From contig CP136572.1 of the NCBI GenBank assembly GCA_035193785.1, positions 4,852,578-4,916,577 on the forward strand: a stretch of DNA of 64,000 nucleotides, written 5' to 3'. This DNA comes from Planktothrix sp. GU0601_MAG3. Lineage in GTDB: Bacteria > Cyanobacteriota > Cyanobacteriia > Cyanobacteriales > Microcoleaceae. The notes below the pieces were generated by a model. It worked only from the letters and a program-made list of their open reading frames with translations. It was not told where the DNA came from and searched no databases. The position numbers and the translations under genes are program-made. Each line of letters opens with the position of its first letter. The first letter of the stretch is position 1. Of the stretch, positions 11,588 through 21,992 are shown one piece after another.

Positions 11588-12184
11588 ATGACCCATGCAA
11601 CGACTGAAAAAATCATGTCCTTGCAGGAGTTTCTCAATTATGATCAGGATACCGATGCTGGTTATGAGCTAGAGGATGGGAGACTTCTATTAATGCCGAC
11701 TGAAAGCGAAATTAATCGACGTATTGCTTGTTTTTTGTTTGCCTATTTTCTGCAATTAGGCGTTTCCTTTTCTCGGTTAACCCTGAAAACCGAATTGGTG
11801 GTAATGGGAAGTCGAACTACGGTACGAATTCCTGATTTAATGGTATTAACAGAAACCTTAGTACAGATAATGGAGGGGGCAGGTCGCTCCTTAATTACCA
11901 TAGATATGCCACCCCCTCAAATGGTGGTGGAGGTTGTCAGTCCCGGTCAGGAAAATCAACAGCGAGACTATCGTTATAAACGATCACAATATCAAGCCCG
12001 AGGTATCCCCGAATATTGGATTATTGACCCCATCCAACAACAGATTACCGTATTTAGTTTGGTAACGGGACTCTATGAACAGGCTGTTTTTACCGGAGAT
12101 ATGGTCATAAATTCTGCCTTCTTATCAGACCATAACCAACCCTCTCCTTTGACGGCATCACAGCTATTACAAACCCAAAATTAG
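11588..12184 (+). CDS. Uma2 family endonuclease-like protein
   Basis: PD..VVEVVSP..K..Y..GIPEYWIIDP. Confidence 0.9.
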   Translation: MTHATTEKIMSLQEFLNYDQDTDAGYELEDGRLLLMPTESEINRRIACFLFAYFLQLGVSFSRLTLKTELVVMGSRTTVRIPDLMVLTETLVQIMEGAGRSLITIDMPPPQMVVEVVSPGQENQQRDYRYKRSQYQARGIPEYWIIDPIQQQITVFSLVTGLYEQAVFTGDMVINSAFLSDHNQPSPLTASQLLQTQN

Positions 12185-12272
12185 CGAGTCAGTTTTACGA
12201 TATTAAAGTTCAATTTAGACTTATAATTGAATAACTGGCAACAATATTCTCCTATCAATTTTAACTCTAAAA

Positions 12273-13325
12273 ATGACCTCAACTTTAACTCAAGTTTATC
12301 CGATTATTTGGGAAAGCGATCGCGCTTCCCTCATCGACCAAACCCGTCTCCCTGACGAATATACCCGCGTAGAAATCACCACCTATCAACAAATGGCAGC
12401 AGCCATTAAAACCATGATTGTTCGGGGGGCTCCCGCCATTGGTATTGCTGCCGCCTATGGGTTATATTTAGGGGCGAGGGAGATTCAAACTTCAGACCGT
12501 CAAGAGTTTTTCAACCAACTAGAAACCATTGCCAAAATCCTGCGGGCTACCCGTCCCACGGCGGTTAACTTATTTTGGGCAATTGATCAAATGTTGCAAA
12601 CGGCAACAGCAACCCCCGGCACAATTGAGGAGATTAAAACCGCCTTATTACACAAAGCTAATATCATTCGAGAAGACGATATTAAAACCTGTTTTGCCAT
12701 TGGAGAAGCGGGGTTAATAGTATTACCTGAAACTCCAGAAAAACTCAATATTCTTACCCATTGTAACACAGGTTCTTTAGCAACGGGAGGTTATGGAACC
12801 GCTTTAGGAGTCATTCGTTCGGCTTGGAATTCGGGACGGTTAAATCGAGTTTATGCCGATGAAACCCGCCCCCGTTTACAGGGAGCAAAATTAACTACTT
12901 GGGAATGTGTACAGGATCAAATTCCAGTAACATTAATTTCCGATAATATGGCAGCCCATTGTATGAAACAGGGGTTAATTCATGCGGTAATTGTAGGAGC
13001 AGATCGAATTACTGCTAATGGGGATGCGGCGAATAAAATTGGCACCTATAGTTTAGCAATTGTGGCTAAATACCATCGGGTTCCCTTCTTCGTTGCAGCC
13101 CCCTTATCAACGGTGGATTTTAAATTAGCAACCGGGGATGAAATTCCCATCGAAGAACGAGATCCTACGGAAGTTTATCAAGTTGGAACAACTCGAATTT
13201 GTCCCGAGGGTGTGGAATTTTTTAATCCGGCTTTTGATGTAACTCCCGCCGAATTAATTACCGCTATTATAACAGAAAAAGGGGCGGTTATTCCTGGGGA
13301 ATTAAAACAATTTTCTGTGAGTTAA
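12273..13325 (+). CDS. mtnA: Methylthioribose-1-phosphate isomerase
   Basis: [28 protein letters not shown]. Confidence 0.95.
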   Translation: MTSTLTQVYPIIWESDRASLIDQTRLPDEYTRVEITTYQQMAAAIKTMIVRGAPAIGIAAAYGLYLGAREIQTSDRQEFFNQLETIAKILRATRPTAVNLFWAIDQMLQTATATPGTIEEIKTALLHKANIIREDDIKTCFAIGEAGLIVLPETPEKLNILTHCNTGSLATGGYGTALGVIRSAWNSGRLNRVYADETRPRLQGAKLTTWECVQDQIPVTLISDNMAAHCMKQGLIHAVIVGADRITANGDAANKIGTYSLAIVAKYHRVPFFVAAPLSTVDFKLATGDEIPIEERDPTEVYQVGTTRICPEGVEFFNPAFDVTPAELITAIITEKGAVIPGELKQFSVS

Positions 13326-13435
13326 TCAACCACAAAAACACAAAGACACTAAAAAATCAAGACTGAAACCCATGTTGACGTACCATTGAGTCGTACAATG
13401 GTTTTGGTAGGTTCCGTTTTTACTAGGAGACTTCA

Positions 13436-13745
13436 ATGCCAGAGGCAGTGGGTGTCATACAAGCCCTGGGTTTTCCGGGGATTTTAGCCGCAGCAGATGC
13501 GATGGTCAAAGCTGCGCGAGTTACCCTTGTTTACTATGATTTAGCAGAACGGGGTGAATTTATAGTGGCAGTTCGTGGCCCAACATCGGAGGTGGTTCCT
13601 GCTGTACAAGCTGGTGTTGAAGCGGCAGAAAAGACGTTTGGCTGTTCGGTGATTACTTACTACGTTGTTCCCAACCCCCCTGAGAACATTGTAGATGTTA
13701 TGTCTATTGGCTACACGGAAACTGAGTGAACGTTTTCGCACTTAA
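13436..13745 (+). CDS. ccmK3: Carboxysome shell protein CcmK3 (apparent frameshift near 13720)
   Basis: BMC domain GFPGILAAADAMVKA; corrected end GYTELSERFRT*. Confidence 0.85.
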
Positions 13746-13816
13746 GATAATTTCTATTTTGCGAAAAATATTCAATTTCAGCATTTTTAAAGTCTAGTTA
13801 ATTTAGGAGAAATTCA

Positions 13817-14161
13817 ATGGCAGAACAAGCAGTTGGAGCGTTAGAAACGAAAGGATTTCCTGGGGTTTTAGCCGCCGCCGATGCAATGGTTAAAGCGGGT
13901 CGAGTGACCTTGGTGGGCTATATTCGGGCAGGAAGTGCACGGTTTACGATTATGATTCGGGGCGATGTTTCCGAAGTTAAAACTGCCATGGATGCCGGAA
14001 TTGCGGCCGTCGATAAAGCCTATGGTGCCGCCTTAGAAACCTGGGTGATTATTCCCCGTCCCCATGAAAATGTGGTCGCTGTTTTACCGATTGATTTTAA
14101 TGAAGATGTTGAGGAATATCGGGCGGCGGCGGAAGGGTTTACTTTACCCAGAGGTCGTTAA
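13817..14161 (+). CDS. ccmK4: Carboxysome shell protein CcmK4
   Basis: AVGALETKGFPGVLAAADAMVKAGRV, IPRPHENV. Confidence 0.9.
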   Translation: MAEQAVGALETKGFPGVLAAADAMVKAGRVTLVGYIRAGSARFTIMIRGDVSEVKTAMDAGIAAVDKAYGAALETWVIIPRPHENVVAVLPIDFNEDVEEYRAAAEGFTLPRGR

Positions 14162-14280
14162 TTCAGTTACTAATATTAACCCTCTTTTATAGCAGGAAGG
14201 GACAACCTTGATTTATCGGTTGCAAGGGGGTCACTTCCCTAGTTAATTGTTCAATATTTTTTGAATTTAATTCAAGTATT

Positions 14281-15156
14281 TTATTCTATTTCTATTAATC
14301 TACTTAATTCCTCCCGAATTGATGGGGGCTGATATCCTAAATTAAAGGCTTTATAACTATCTAAAGAAACATCGGGAGGGCGAGGCGCGAGCATTTTAAT
14401 ATCCGCTTGAGAACAGGGTTTAATTAAATGCTTTGGAAGCTCTAAAACATCAGCCATAAGTAAGCCAAATTCATAGCGGGAAATCCGTTCTTTTCCGCCT
14501 AAATGCAAAATTACTGATGTGGTTTCTAAGGCTAATAATAATCCCTTAGCGGCGGTATTTCCCCCCACAGGAGTTCTAAATTCATCGGCAAATAAATTCA
14601 ACTCTTTTCCTGCTTTTAAAGTTTTAATAAAAGGCTGAATAAAACTGCTGGCATGGTTAGGAACATCCCCAAACATTAAGGGCATTCTACAAATAGCTGT
14701 TCGGGGATAGCGTTCTAACATTCCCTGTTCAGCTAATACTTTCTGTTCTCCATAATAACTAATTGGGGATACGGAATCGGTTTCCCTATAGGGTGGATTT
14801 AAACCATTAAATACTAAGTCAGTTGAAGTAAAAACACAGGGAATATTAAACTCAGCACAAAGTTTAGCAATTGCTAAAGAAGCGATAACATTAATTTGAT
14901 AGGATATTTCGGGATACTGTTGACAAAAGTTAGGTTGGGATTGGGCCGCCGCATGAATAACGGCATCGGGTTTAATTTCTTGAAACAGATTTTTTAGTGC
15001 TTGAATATCGGTTAAATCTGTCTGAACAAGATAAACATTAGGGATATTAATAGTTTTAGCATGAGTTAAGCCATAGACTTGCCATTGAGTTTGAGCAATT
15101 TGGCAAAGATGCCATCCTAAAAAACCACTGGCCCCTGTAATTAAGAGTTTATTCAT
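14281..15156 (-). CDS. RmlD-like SDR oxidoreductase
   Basis: GASGFLG, STDLVF, YGEQK. Confidence 0.85.
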   Translation of the reverse strand: MNKLLITGASGFLGWHLCQIAQTQWQVYGLTHAKTINIPNVYLVQTDLTDIQALKNLFQEIKPDAVIHAAAQSQPNFCQQYPEISYQINVIASLAIAKLCAEFNIPCVFTSTDLVFNGLNPPYRETDSVSPISYYGEQKVLAEQGMLERYPRTAICRMPLMFGDVPNHASSFIQPFIKTLKAGKELNLFADEFRTPVGGNTAAKGLLLALETTSVILHLGGKERISRYEFGLLMADVLELPKHLIKPCSQADIKMLAPRPPDVSLDSYKAFNLGYQPPSIREELSRLIEIE

Positions 15157-15200
15157 GATTAATTAATATGATAGACTGGTGGAAAGCGATCGCCAACCTG

Positions 15201-15320
15201 TTAAGTAGTTACACACAATAAATTACCTAGTTGAGAGAGGGAACAGGGAACAGGGAACAGGGAACAGGGAACACCGGATCTGGGTAGAGGATTTGTAATT
15301 AATTTTGTTTAGGTACTTAA
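15201..15320. mobile_element. MITE-like element with GGGAACA heptamers
   Basis: Imperfect TIRs TTAAGTAGTTACACACAATAAATTAC / GTAATTAATTTTGTTTAGGTACTTAA. Confidence 0.65.
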
Positions 15321-15330
15321 CATTTTGTGA

Positions 15331-16563
15331 TCACCGATGATATACCAACCCCGTCAACAATTGTACTACTCGAATTGCCGAAGTGATCGCTCCTTCATGT
15401 AAACCATCTCCCAGATAAGCACCCACATAATAAGTATTATTCTCGCCATTGGTACTCACAATTTCATTTCGATAACGAAAAGCCTCAACATTATAAAGGG
15501 GTGTGTGATGGTTTTGAATATGAATGATTTTATCTTTAGCAATCAAACCATCTAGGTTAAATGCCAAACTATATCGGCAAGAGGATAATATCCCACAAAG
15601 TTGATTCAGATAAGCATTATATCCCCATTTACTTTCAGTTTCAAAAAAATCAAATTCCGAAAATTCCTTAATTCCATATCCAGAATACATGGAAGTATCT
15701 GTGTGCATAACTGTGGTAGCTGCATTTTTTTCCCATGCCGAAAAACGCTTAATTTCAGCATTGGTTGGATCAGCTAATAATACCATTACTTGGTCAGGTG
15801 GTGTGGCAAACACAACTTGATCAAATGTTTGGATTGACCCATCTGATAATTCAATGGTGACACTATCAGTTTCTCTGGAAATTTCGGCAATTTCAACATT
15901 TAAGAATAATTGACCTCGGAAACGTTCGAGAATTTTTTCAATATAGGAATAGACTCCTCCTTTAATTCTTAACCAATTGACAAAAATATAATCTCTGAGA
16001 GTAGGAATTACTAATTCTGCTGGAAAATCATCAATTAATTCAAAGGGCGTTGAGTAACAGTACATTGTTAACAATTTCAACCAATAATTATGAATACACT
16101 GGCGTTTCAAATATTGGGAAAGCGGCTGATTATAAAAGTCTGAATTTTGGGAAAAACGTGTTGTAAACCATAGCCCAGAAGAACGAGCATAAAGAGTATC
16201 AAGTCTGATATATTCGATAATACGTTGTATGCCTGTAAAGTTTTTTTGAATCATACCACCCGATAGAAAGTGGCGACCATCTTGAAGAAATAACCCGGAA
16301 CCAACATTAACAGGTTCTAATTCAACTTCCAATTCCTTCATTAAGTTTAAGAAATTGTAAAAGTTAACTGGAAATTCTAGGACACCACCTTCTAATACAT
16401 CGTGACAGTCAGATTTATTGGGTTTAATATTTTTATTTAAGGTGCGAATATGTCCGCCCAACATCGGTTTTTTTTCAAAAACAGTAACATGATAGCCCTT
16501 TTGATCTAGCAGGTATGCGGTCACCATCCCACTAGCTCCGCCTCCAACAATAGCTATTTTCAT
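15331..16563 (-). CDS. FAD-dependent oxidoreductase (amine oxidase/COG2907-like)
   Basis: GGGASG, LGGH, C-terminal GAYLGDGLHEGA. Confidence 0.8.
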   Translation of the reverse strand: MKIAIVGGGASGMVTAYLLDQKGYHVTVFEKKPMLGGHIRTLNKNIKPNKSDCHDVLEGGVLEFPVNFYNFLNLMKELEVELEPVNVGSGLFLQDGRHFLSGGMIQKNFTGIQRIIEYIRLDTLYARSSGLWFTTRFSQNSDFYNQPLSQYLKRQCIHNYWLKLLTMYCYSTPFELIDDFPAELVIPTLRDYIFVNWLRIKGGVYSYIEKILERFRGQLFLNVEIAEISRETDSVTIELSDGSIQTFDQVVFATPPDQVMVLLADPTNAEIKRFSAWEKNAATTVMHTDTSMYSGYGIKEFSEFDFFETESKWGYNAYLNQLCGILSSCRYSLAFNLDGLIAKDKIIHIQNHHTPLYNVEAFRYRNEIVSTNGENNTYYVGAYLGDGLHEGAITSAIRVVQLLTGLVYHR

Positions 16564-16615
16564 GGTTTTTTTTCACTAAGATTGTTATAGTTTAAGCAAT
16601 GAGTTTTAAAGTTTT

Positions 16616-18154
16616 TTAAGCTGCTCCTAAAATTAAATCCCCTGATAGTCTTTGATATAAAATTGCTCCTGTCCAAAATGTCGGAGCAAATCCAGGATAG
16701 CCAGATGAAGCATTACAAAAATAGAAATTTTTTAAAGATGTGAAATGATTTAATCTGCCAATTCCCATATTCTTTGGTGTTAGGCTAGATCCGTAGGAAT
16801 TGCCTTGGGGACACCAGCAAAATCTCTCATTTGTGGTGGGACTCCCAGTAATTTTAAAGACTAGATATTCGCGCAAATTTGGAATATAATATTTTTCCAT
16901 TATATCCAAAATAGAGTTTAAGATAGCTTCTTTTTTGTCATTATAATCTTTGGGATTTGTAGCTTTAAGTTCTTTAAAATAGGCATAATCAGCCACGGTT
17001 AAAAATTCGATGATTTGACAGTCTTCAGGGCAATCTCGTTCGGTTTCTGTCAGTAAGGTAGGTGTTGTAATGGCAAAACTGGGATTGGAATAATCATGCT
17101 GTTCATACATTTGATTAAATGCTTCATTTAAGTTTTTATGTCCTGTATGAAAAGTATTCCATTTACCAAATCCATAGTCTCGCAAATCAATATCTTTGAC
17201 TACACAATAAGCCATATAATTTGAGGGCGAATAATCGTAATTAAGCCGATGGCGAACTTTACGCGAGAATTTTTCGAGTCCAATCATCTGAGCCGCTTTC
17301 TTAGGGTCTATATTACAAATAATTGTTTCACCGCTAAATTCACGGGTTTGATGGGTAATTTGATCTATTGCTTGAACTCCAGTTACTGTTTTATCTGTGA
17401 TCATAAAATTAGTTACTTCTTGATTTACAAGCACCTCACCACCATTTTCTTCAATAATTTTAACTAAGGAATTAATCACAAATTCAAAATGTTTTGTCGG
17501 GTAAAATGCACCCTGTTGATATCCTGTAAATAAAATTACCCAGGCGTAAAAAGAAAGTTGCTCTGGGGGGAGTAAAAAATCAGGCCATTGTGATGCTAAA
17601 AGTGTTTGTGCTTCAATGGGTAATTGAAATTTATCAAAAACATTCTGAAGGGTACTATTCAGATACATTACAGCACAGGAAACTTCAGCAAAATGCCTAA
17701 ATAATTGGGCTGGATTAACTGGGGGAGATAATATTTTTAATCCTTGACTGGTCTTTTGTACTTCTAAAATAAATTGACGAATTTGATTGGCATTTTGAGG
17801 AAAAAGTTCCGATAGTCTCCGAATTAATTCTTGAGATTCTGAGGGAATATTGAGAGCATATCCCGGCATTCTTACATGGTCGAAACCATCAGGATCATAT
17901 CGCTCAAAGGTGACTGTTTGCTCTAAGTTGAGTTTTTTTAAAACTTGATTTACTGTATGTCCTTCTCCACAATCCCAAACATAATGTAGTTGGGCATTAA
18001 ATTTATATTTTTTTGCCATGGTAAAGGTATGACCAAAGCCCCCTGGATATTCATGGGCTTCTAATATTTGAACCTTTTTACCGAATTTTGCCATTAAAGA
18101 GCCAAATACTAATGCGGATAAGCCACTGCCAACAATCAGGTAATCTGTTTTCAT
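16616..18154 (-). CDS. Phytoene desaturase/retinol saturase-like flavoprotein
   Basis: GSGLSAL, E..PGG, SPTT..GNSYG. Confidence 0.8.
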   Translation of the reverse strand: MKTDYLIVGSGLSALVFGSLMAKFGKKVQILEAHEYPGGFGHTFTMAKKYKFNAQLHYVWDCGEGHTVNQVLKKLNLEQTVTFERYDPDGFDHVRMPGYALNIPSESQELIRRLSELFPQNANQIRQFILEVQKTSQGLKILSPPVNPAQLFRHFAEVSCAVMYLNSTLQNVFDKFQLPIEAQTLLASQWPDFLLPPEQLSFYAWVILFTGYQQGAFYPTKHFEFVINSLVKIIEENGGEVLVNQEVTNFMITDKTVTGVQAIDQITHQTREFSGETIICNIDPKKAAQMIGLEKFSRKVRHRLNYDYSPSNYMAYCVVKDIDLRDYGFGKWNTFHTGHKNLNEAFNQMYEQHDYSNPSFAITTPTLLTETERDCPEDCQIIEFLTVADYAYFKELKATNPKDYNDKKEAILNSILDIMEKYYIPNLREYLVFKITGSPTTNERFCWCPQGNSYGSSLTPKNMGIGRLNHFTSLKNFYFCNASSGYPGFAPTFWTGAILYQRLSGDLILGAA

Positions 18155-18204
18155 GATCGTTCTCCTTAGTGAAACTACCCATACTTCGCAGCATGAGTAA
18201 GTTT

Positions 18205-18374
18205 GGGCTTTTTCTTGACAACCTTTTCCCTCTGGTTTTATAGTTTTTCTGGCACAAGTTCAACGCATAATTCCCGTACCATCGGCAACAGCCAAAGCTC
18301 TTGGCTAAGGATATCTGTTGTTCAGTAGTTGGATAGATCCGGTACTTGAAAGCCTGAAATATTATCGCTTTCAA
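18205..18374 (-). pseudogene. tnpB: IS200/IS605 tnpB N-terminal (HTH) remnant
   Basis: AFKYRIYPTTEQQISLAKSFGCCRW..N.AL, then similarity ends. Confidence 0.8.
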
Positions 18375-18553
18375 AATCTTTTATATAATCTAACACACTG
18401 TTTTTAATTGGGTAGGCATTTACCGAATAAAATTAATTTAGGGCAGTCTATATAATAGGGAATAGCTAATAATAAATAGGTAATAAGGAATAGGTAATAG
18501 GGAATAGATAATAGGGAATAGATAATAGGGAATAGGCAATAGGGAATAGGTAA

Positions 18554-18624
18554 TAAGTACCTAAACAAAATTAATTACAAATCCTCCACCCTGTTCCCTA
18601 TTCCCTGTTCCCTGTTCCCTCTCT
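18554..18624. repeat. Partial inverted copy of the 15201-15320 MITE, preceded by GGGAATA-type heptamers
   Basis: TAAGTACCTAAACAAAATTAATTACAAATCCTC is the reverse complement of 15287-15319. Confidence 0.75.
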
Positions 18625-18636
18625 TAAAACGTCTTA

Positions 18637-20206
18637 CTATTGCTTTGAAAGACTGGGTACAACCTCTCTGGGTTGGAATCGCAATGGCATTTTATCGGTT
18701 GGGTAAATCAACAGGTTCTGCTGTAAATTATCTAAAGATGAACGACCGTTGACCAACTCCCAATCAAAATGTCGGAGTAGTTGAGCTAACATCACGGTTG
18801 CTTGTAGCATCGCCAAATATTCCCCCAGACAACGATGAGCACCTGAGCCAAAGTCAATCATAGGTAATGAAAGGCTACCTTTATTTTCTTCCAGCCAACG
18901 TTCAGGCAGAAATTGCTCAGGTTGAGGATAGGTCTGGGCATCCCTTCCCGCACCGAGCATTGACCAAAATACTTTCGTTCCCTTGGGAATGGTAATCCCC
19001 TCAATAACAGTTTCCTTGATGGCTTGTAACGAACTCGAACCCGATGCAACGGAATAAAGGCGCAGTGTTTCTTTGACAATCGCTCGCAGATAGGTGAGTT
19101 CTTTAAGACTGTCGATTGAAATTGAGCCATGCCGTTCCCATACTTGGTCTACAAGGGTTTGAGCCTTGTGAAAAACCTCTGGATGCAGAGCTAATTCACC
19201 CACTGTGAAGGATAATGTATGGGCTGTGGTATCAGTCCCCGCAATCAGAAGTTCAACCATTTCTGCAATGAGCATTTCCTTTGTGTAGCGAGGTTCTTTT
19301 GCAGCTATTTTAACCAACATTGATTCAGTAAATAAAGGACTGAGGGAAACAGAATCAATGGGTTGAGAGTCTCTCAGTTGCAAAGCCAGGTCTACGCGAG
19401 GGGCGATCAATTCTTCAAGACAGCTTCTGGCTGACCAGTAATCACGAGATGATTGTGTGGGCAAATATTTCATCCAGGACTTTTCACCCGTCGCCACCCG
19501 CAGAAATCGATAGGTGATCACGGACATCGCCCCATAGACTTTTTGAACATCCAGGGGAGGCCCTTCGGGGGTAGGAATTTTGGGATCAACTGGAATGCCT
19601 AACAGTAAGGAGGAAATGATACGCATGGTCAATTCTACAAACAGGGGATCAATCTGAATTGTTTCTGAGGGGTCAGTTTCTTTGATTTTTGCTGTAGTTT
19701 GAGAACAGGCTTGCTGAACAAGGTTGATATACTGCGAAACTCCACCGGATGTAAATTCGGGATTCCAGGCTTTGCGACGCCATTGCCACTCCGATCCACT
19801 TTCTCCTAATAAAATGGGGCCGCTGATATCGTTCCAAGCTCGACTTACGTTTTGAGACCTAATTAAGCTACCATCTTTCATTCCATTAATAATCGTACTT
19901 TCAATGGCTGATGGCTTACTTAAAATCAGGGTAGGATAATCTGCCCAATAAACATATATGGAAACCATACTGTTGACTCCAATCAAACATCAGTTTAAAG
20001 AATTGCTTTTTTTTAACTGCCTTTAAAATTTGAGGAATATTGCCAAATAGCCAGTGTCTAGGGGGAGAAGGCAAACATTTGAGATACCGATAGCGCTGTC
20101 TTTTTTCCCAATAGCGCCAGCCCAGTATTCCTAAGAGGGTCGAGAAAATTACAGTCAGAATCAAGGGTAGAGAAATCGAAATCGGAGCATCACTGAATAA
20201 AGGCAT
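18637..20206 (-). CDS. Cytochrome P450 with N-terminal TM anchor (apparent frameshift near 19963)
   Basis: AGTDTT, ETLR, PERW, FGSGAHRCLG. Confidence 0.93.
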
Positions 20207-20413
20207 AAGTTCACAGTCTAAAACGATTGAGCTAATCTATATAACTATAACTATAAGAGGAATAAACTGAGCTAATAGATATTCAAGTTTTAAACTAACC
20301 CTGCTGGGGTGGGGGGATAACCTGTACTTTTGGCTAGGTACAAAATCGAACTATCATAGAGTTACGGGAATAACGATTTAGAGAGTAGAATAAAATACCT
20401 ATAAGAATTTATG

Positions 20414-20689
20414 TTAGTGAGTGAATCCCTGAACATCAACATAAATTCTACAGTAGTCATCGGAATTGATAACAGTAAACTCGAACAAAATGCGATAATG
20501 ATAGTCAATTGAAGCTGACCAAATCCCCTCAAATTCACCCGAAAGTTTATGAGTTTTTAGAGTAGGATGAAAAGGATCGGTAGCCAGTTGGCGGAGAGTT
20601 TCTTCAATGGCAACTCGCAACTGGGGATTTTGGCGAATTAATCGTTTGTAGGTTCTTAAAGATTTGGGAGTCCAAGCAATTTTTCTCAC
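20414..20689 (-). CDS. RelE/YafQ-family toxin, atypical C-terminus
   Basis: DPFHPTLKTHKLSG..WSASIDYHYRILFEF. Confidence 0.8.
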   Translation of the reverse strand: MRKIAWTPKSLRTYKRLIRQNPQLRVAIEETLRQLATDPFHPTLKTHKLSGEFEGIWSASIDYHYRILFEFTVINSDDYCRIYVDVQGFTH

Positions 20690-20910
20690 GTCTCTAACTC
20701 CCTAAGAAAATCATCTACAGAACCCACTATAATCATGCCTTCTGTTGCTTCCTGTCGAACTTCTTTAATTTCTTGGAGTAGTTGTTCTCGGCGGCTTCTC
20801 TGTAGGCGCTTAACTAAAATTTCAACGATGAGGTTTTGTTCCTCGATTGAGAGGGATTCTACTGTATCCAGTGCTTGTTGAAGCCTTGAGGTTTGTATTC
20901 CTTCGGACAT
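20686..20910 (-). CDS. Putative antitoxin
   Basis: Small acidic protein overlapping the toxin start by 4 nt. Confidence 0.7.
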   Translation of the reverse strand: MSEGIQTSRLQQALDTVESLSIEEQNLIVEILVKRLQRSRREQLLQEIKEVRQEATEGMIIVGSVDDFLRELET

Positions 20911-21185
20911 AATTGGTAATATAAAAAATTGCTGTTTTGATTATAACATTGTGAGGAAGATATTATAAAGAAATTTAGCTTTCTTAGGGTTCGGAAACTG
21001 TTCTGAACATTCCCTTCAATATAACTACCTTGGTCATTAACGGAGGTTTCCCGATAACCGCCTTTGTTAATTTTAATATTGCGATCGCCTGAAATTTCCT
21101 CTCTTAAAGTTGAGTTCTAAACTAACCGATAGATGGGGAAACAACCTGAAATTTTGGCTAGGTCAAAACCTGAACTAAAGTATAC

Positions 21186-21275
21186 AGGACTTACGCATCA
21201 CCGCTATCAATAGTAGGGGTAATTCATGAATTCCCCCTACATCTAGGGTTACATCCCCAAATTTGCGTAAGTCCT
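21186..21275. mobile_element. Small MITE with a nested GTAG REP hairpin
   Basis: Perfect TIRs AGGACTTACGCA/TGCGTAAGTCCT; internal GTAGGGGTAATTCATGAATTCCCCCTAC. Confidence 0.7.
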
Positions 21276-21388
21276 AGTATAAATATTGAATAGTTTGAAG
21301 CGGTTGTCTCTCAATTAGAAACAATAGTCAGTATAATTGAGGGTGAAATTCAAGCTTCAACCCTAACCCCAACATAGGTGAAACCCTA

Positions 21389-21991
21389 ATGCAGTTAAAA
21401 GATCAGCCTGAAATTGTATTAGCACAAGGGGAGGAGAAAATTCTCCTGACCCTTGATATTAATGGCACAACCCACAGGGTACAATTAGAACCACGAGTTA
21501 CCCTCCTGGATGCGCTACGGGAATATTTGGGACTGACGGGAACAAAAAAAGGATGCGATCGCGGACAGTGTGGTGTTTGTACCGTGTTAATTGACGGACA
21601 ACGGGTATACTCCTGTCTGACCCTGGCAATTATGCAGCAGGGAAAAGAGATTACTACCATTGAAGGATTAGCCCAAGCCGATACCTTGCACCCCCTACAA
21701 ACCGCTTTTATCGAACAGGATGGGTTTCAGTGTGGCTATTGTACCCCCGGACAGATTTGTGCGGCGGTGGCCTTAATTCAGGAGGTAGAACGGGGATGTG
21801 CCAGTGCGGTGACACCGGATCTGACCCAACCTCCGCCACTTCAGGAACTCTCAGACCAGGAAATTAAAGAACGTCTGAGTGGTAATCTCTGTCGATGTAG
21901 TGCCTATAATGGCATTGTGGCGGCGGTACAACAGGTGATCGGACAAACTCCCCCACCTGCTGATGCTTTAGTTTTGGTAGCAGATAACTAA
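21389..21991 (+). CDS. paoA: Aldehyde/xanthine oxidoreductase 2Fe-2S subunit (PaoA/YagT-like)
   Basis: GCDRGQCGVC, QCGYCTPG, NLCRC. Confidence 0.88.
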   Translation: MQLKDQPEIVLAQGEEKILLTLDINGTTHRVQLEPRVTLLDALREYLGLTGTKKGCDRGQCGVCTVLIDGQRVYSCLTLAIMQQGKEITTIEGLAQADTLHPLQTAFIEQDGFQCGYCTPGQICAAVALIQEVERGCASAVTPDLTQPPPLQELSDQEIKERLSGNLCRCSAYNGIVAAVQQVIGQTPPPADALVLVADN

Positions 21992-21992
21992 T

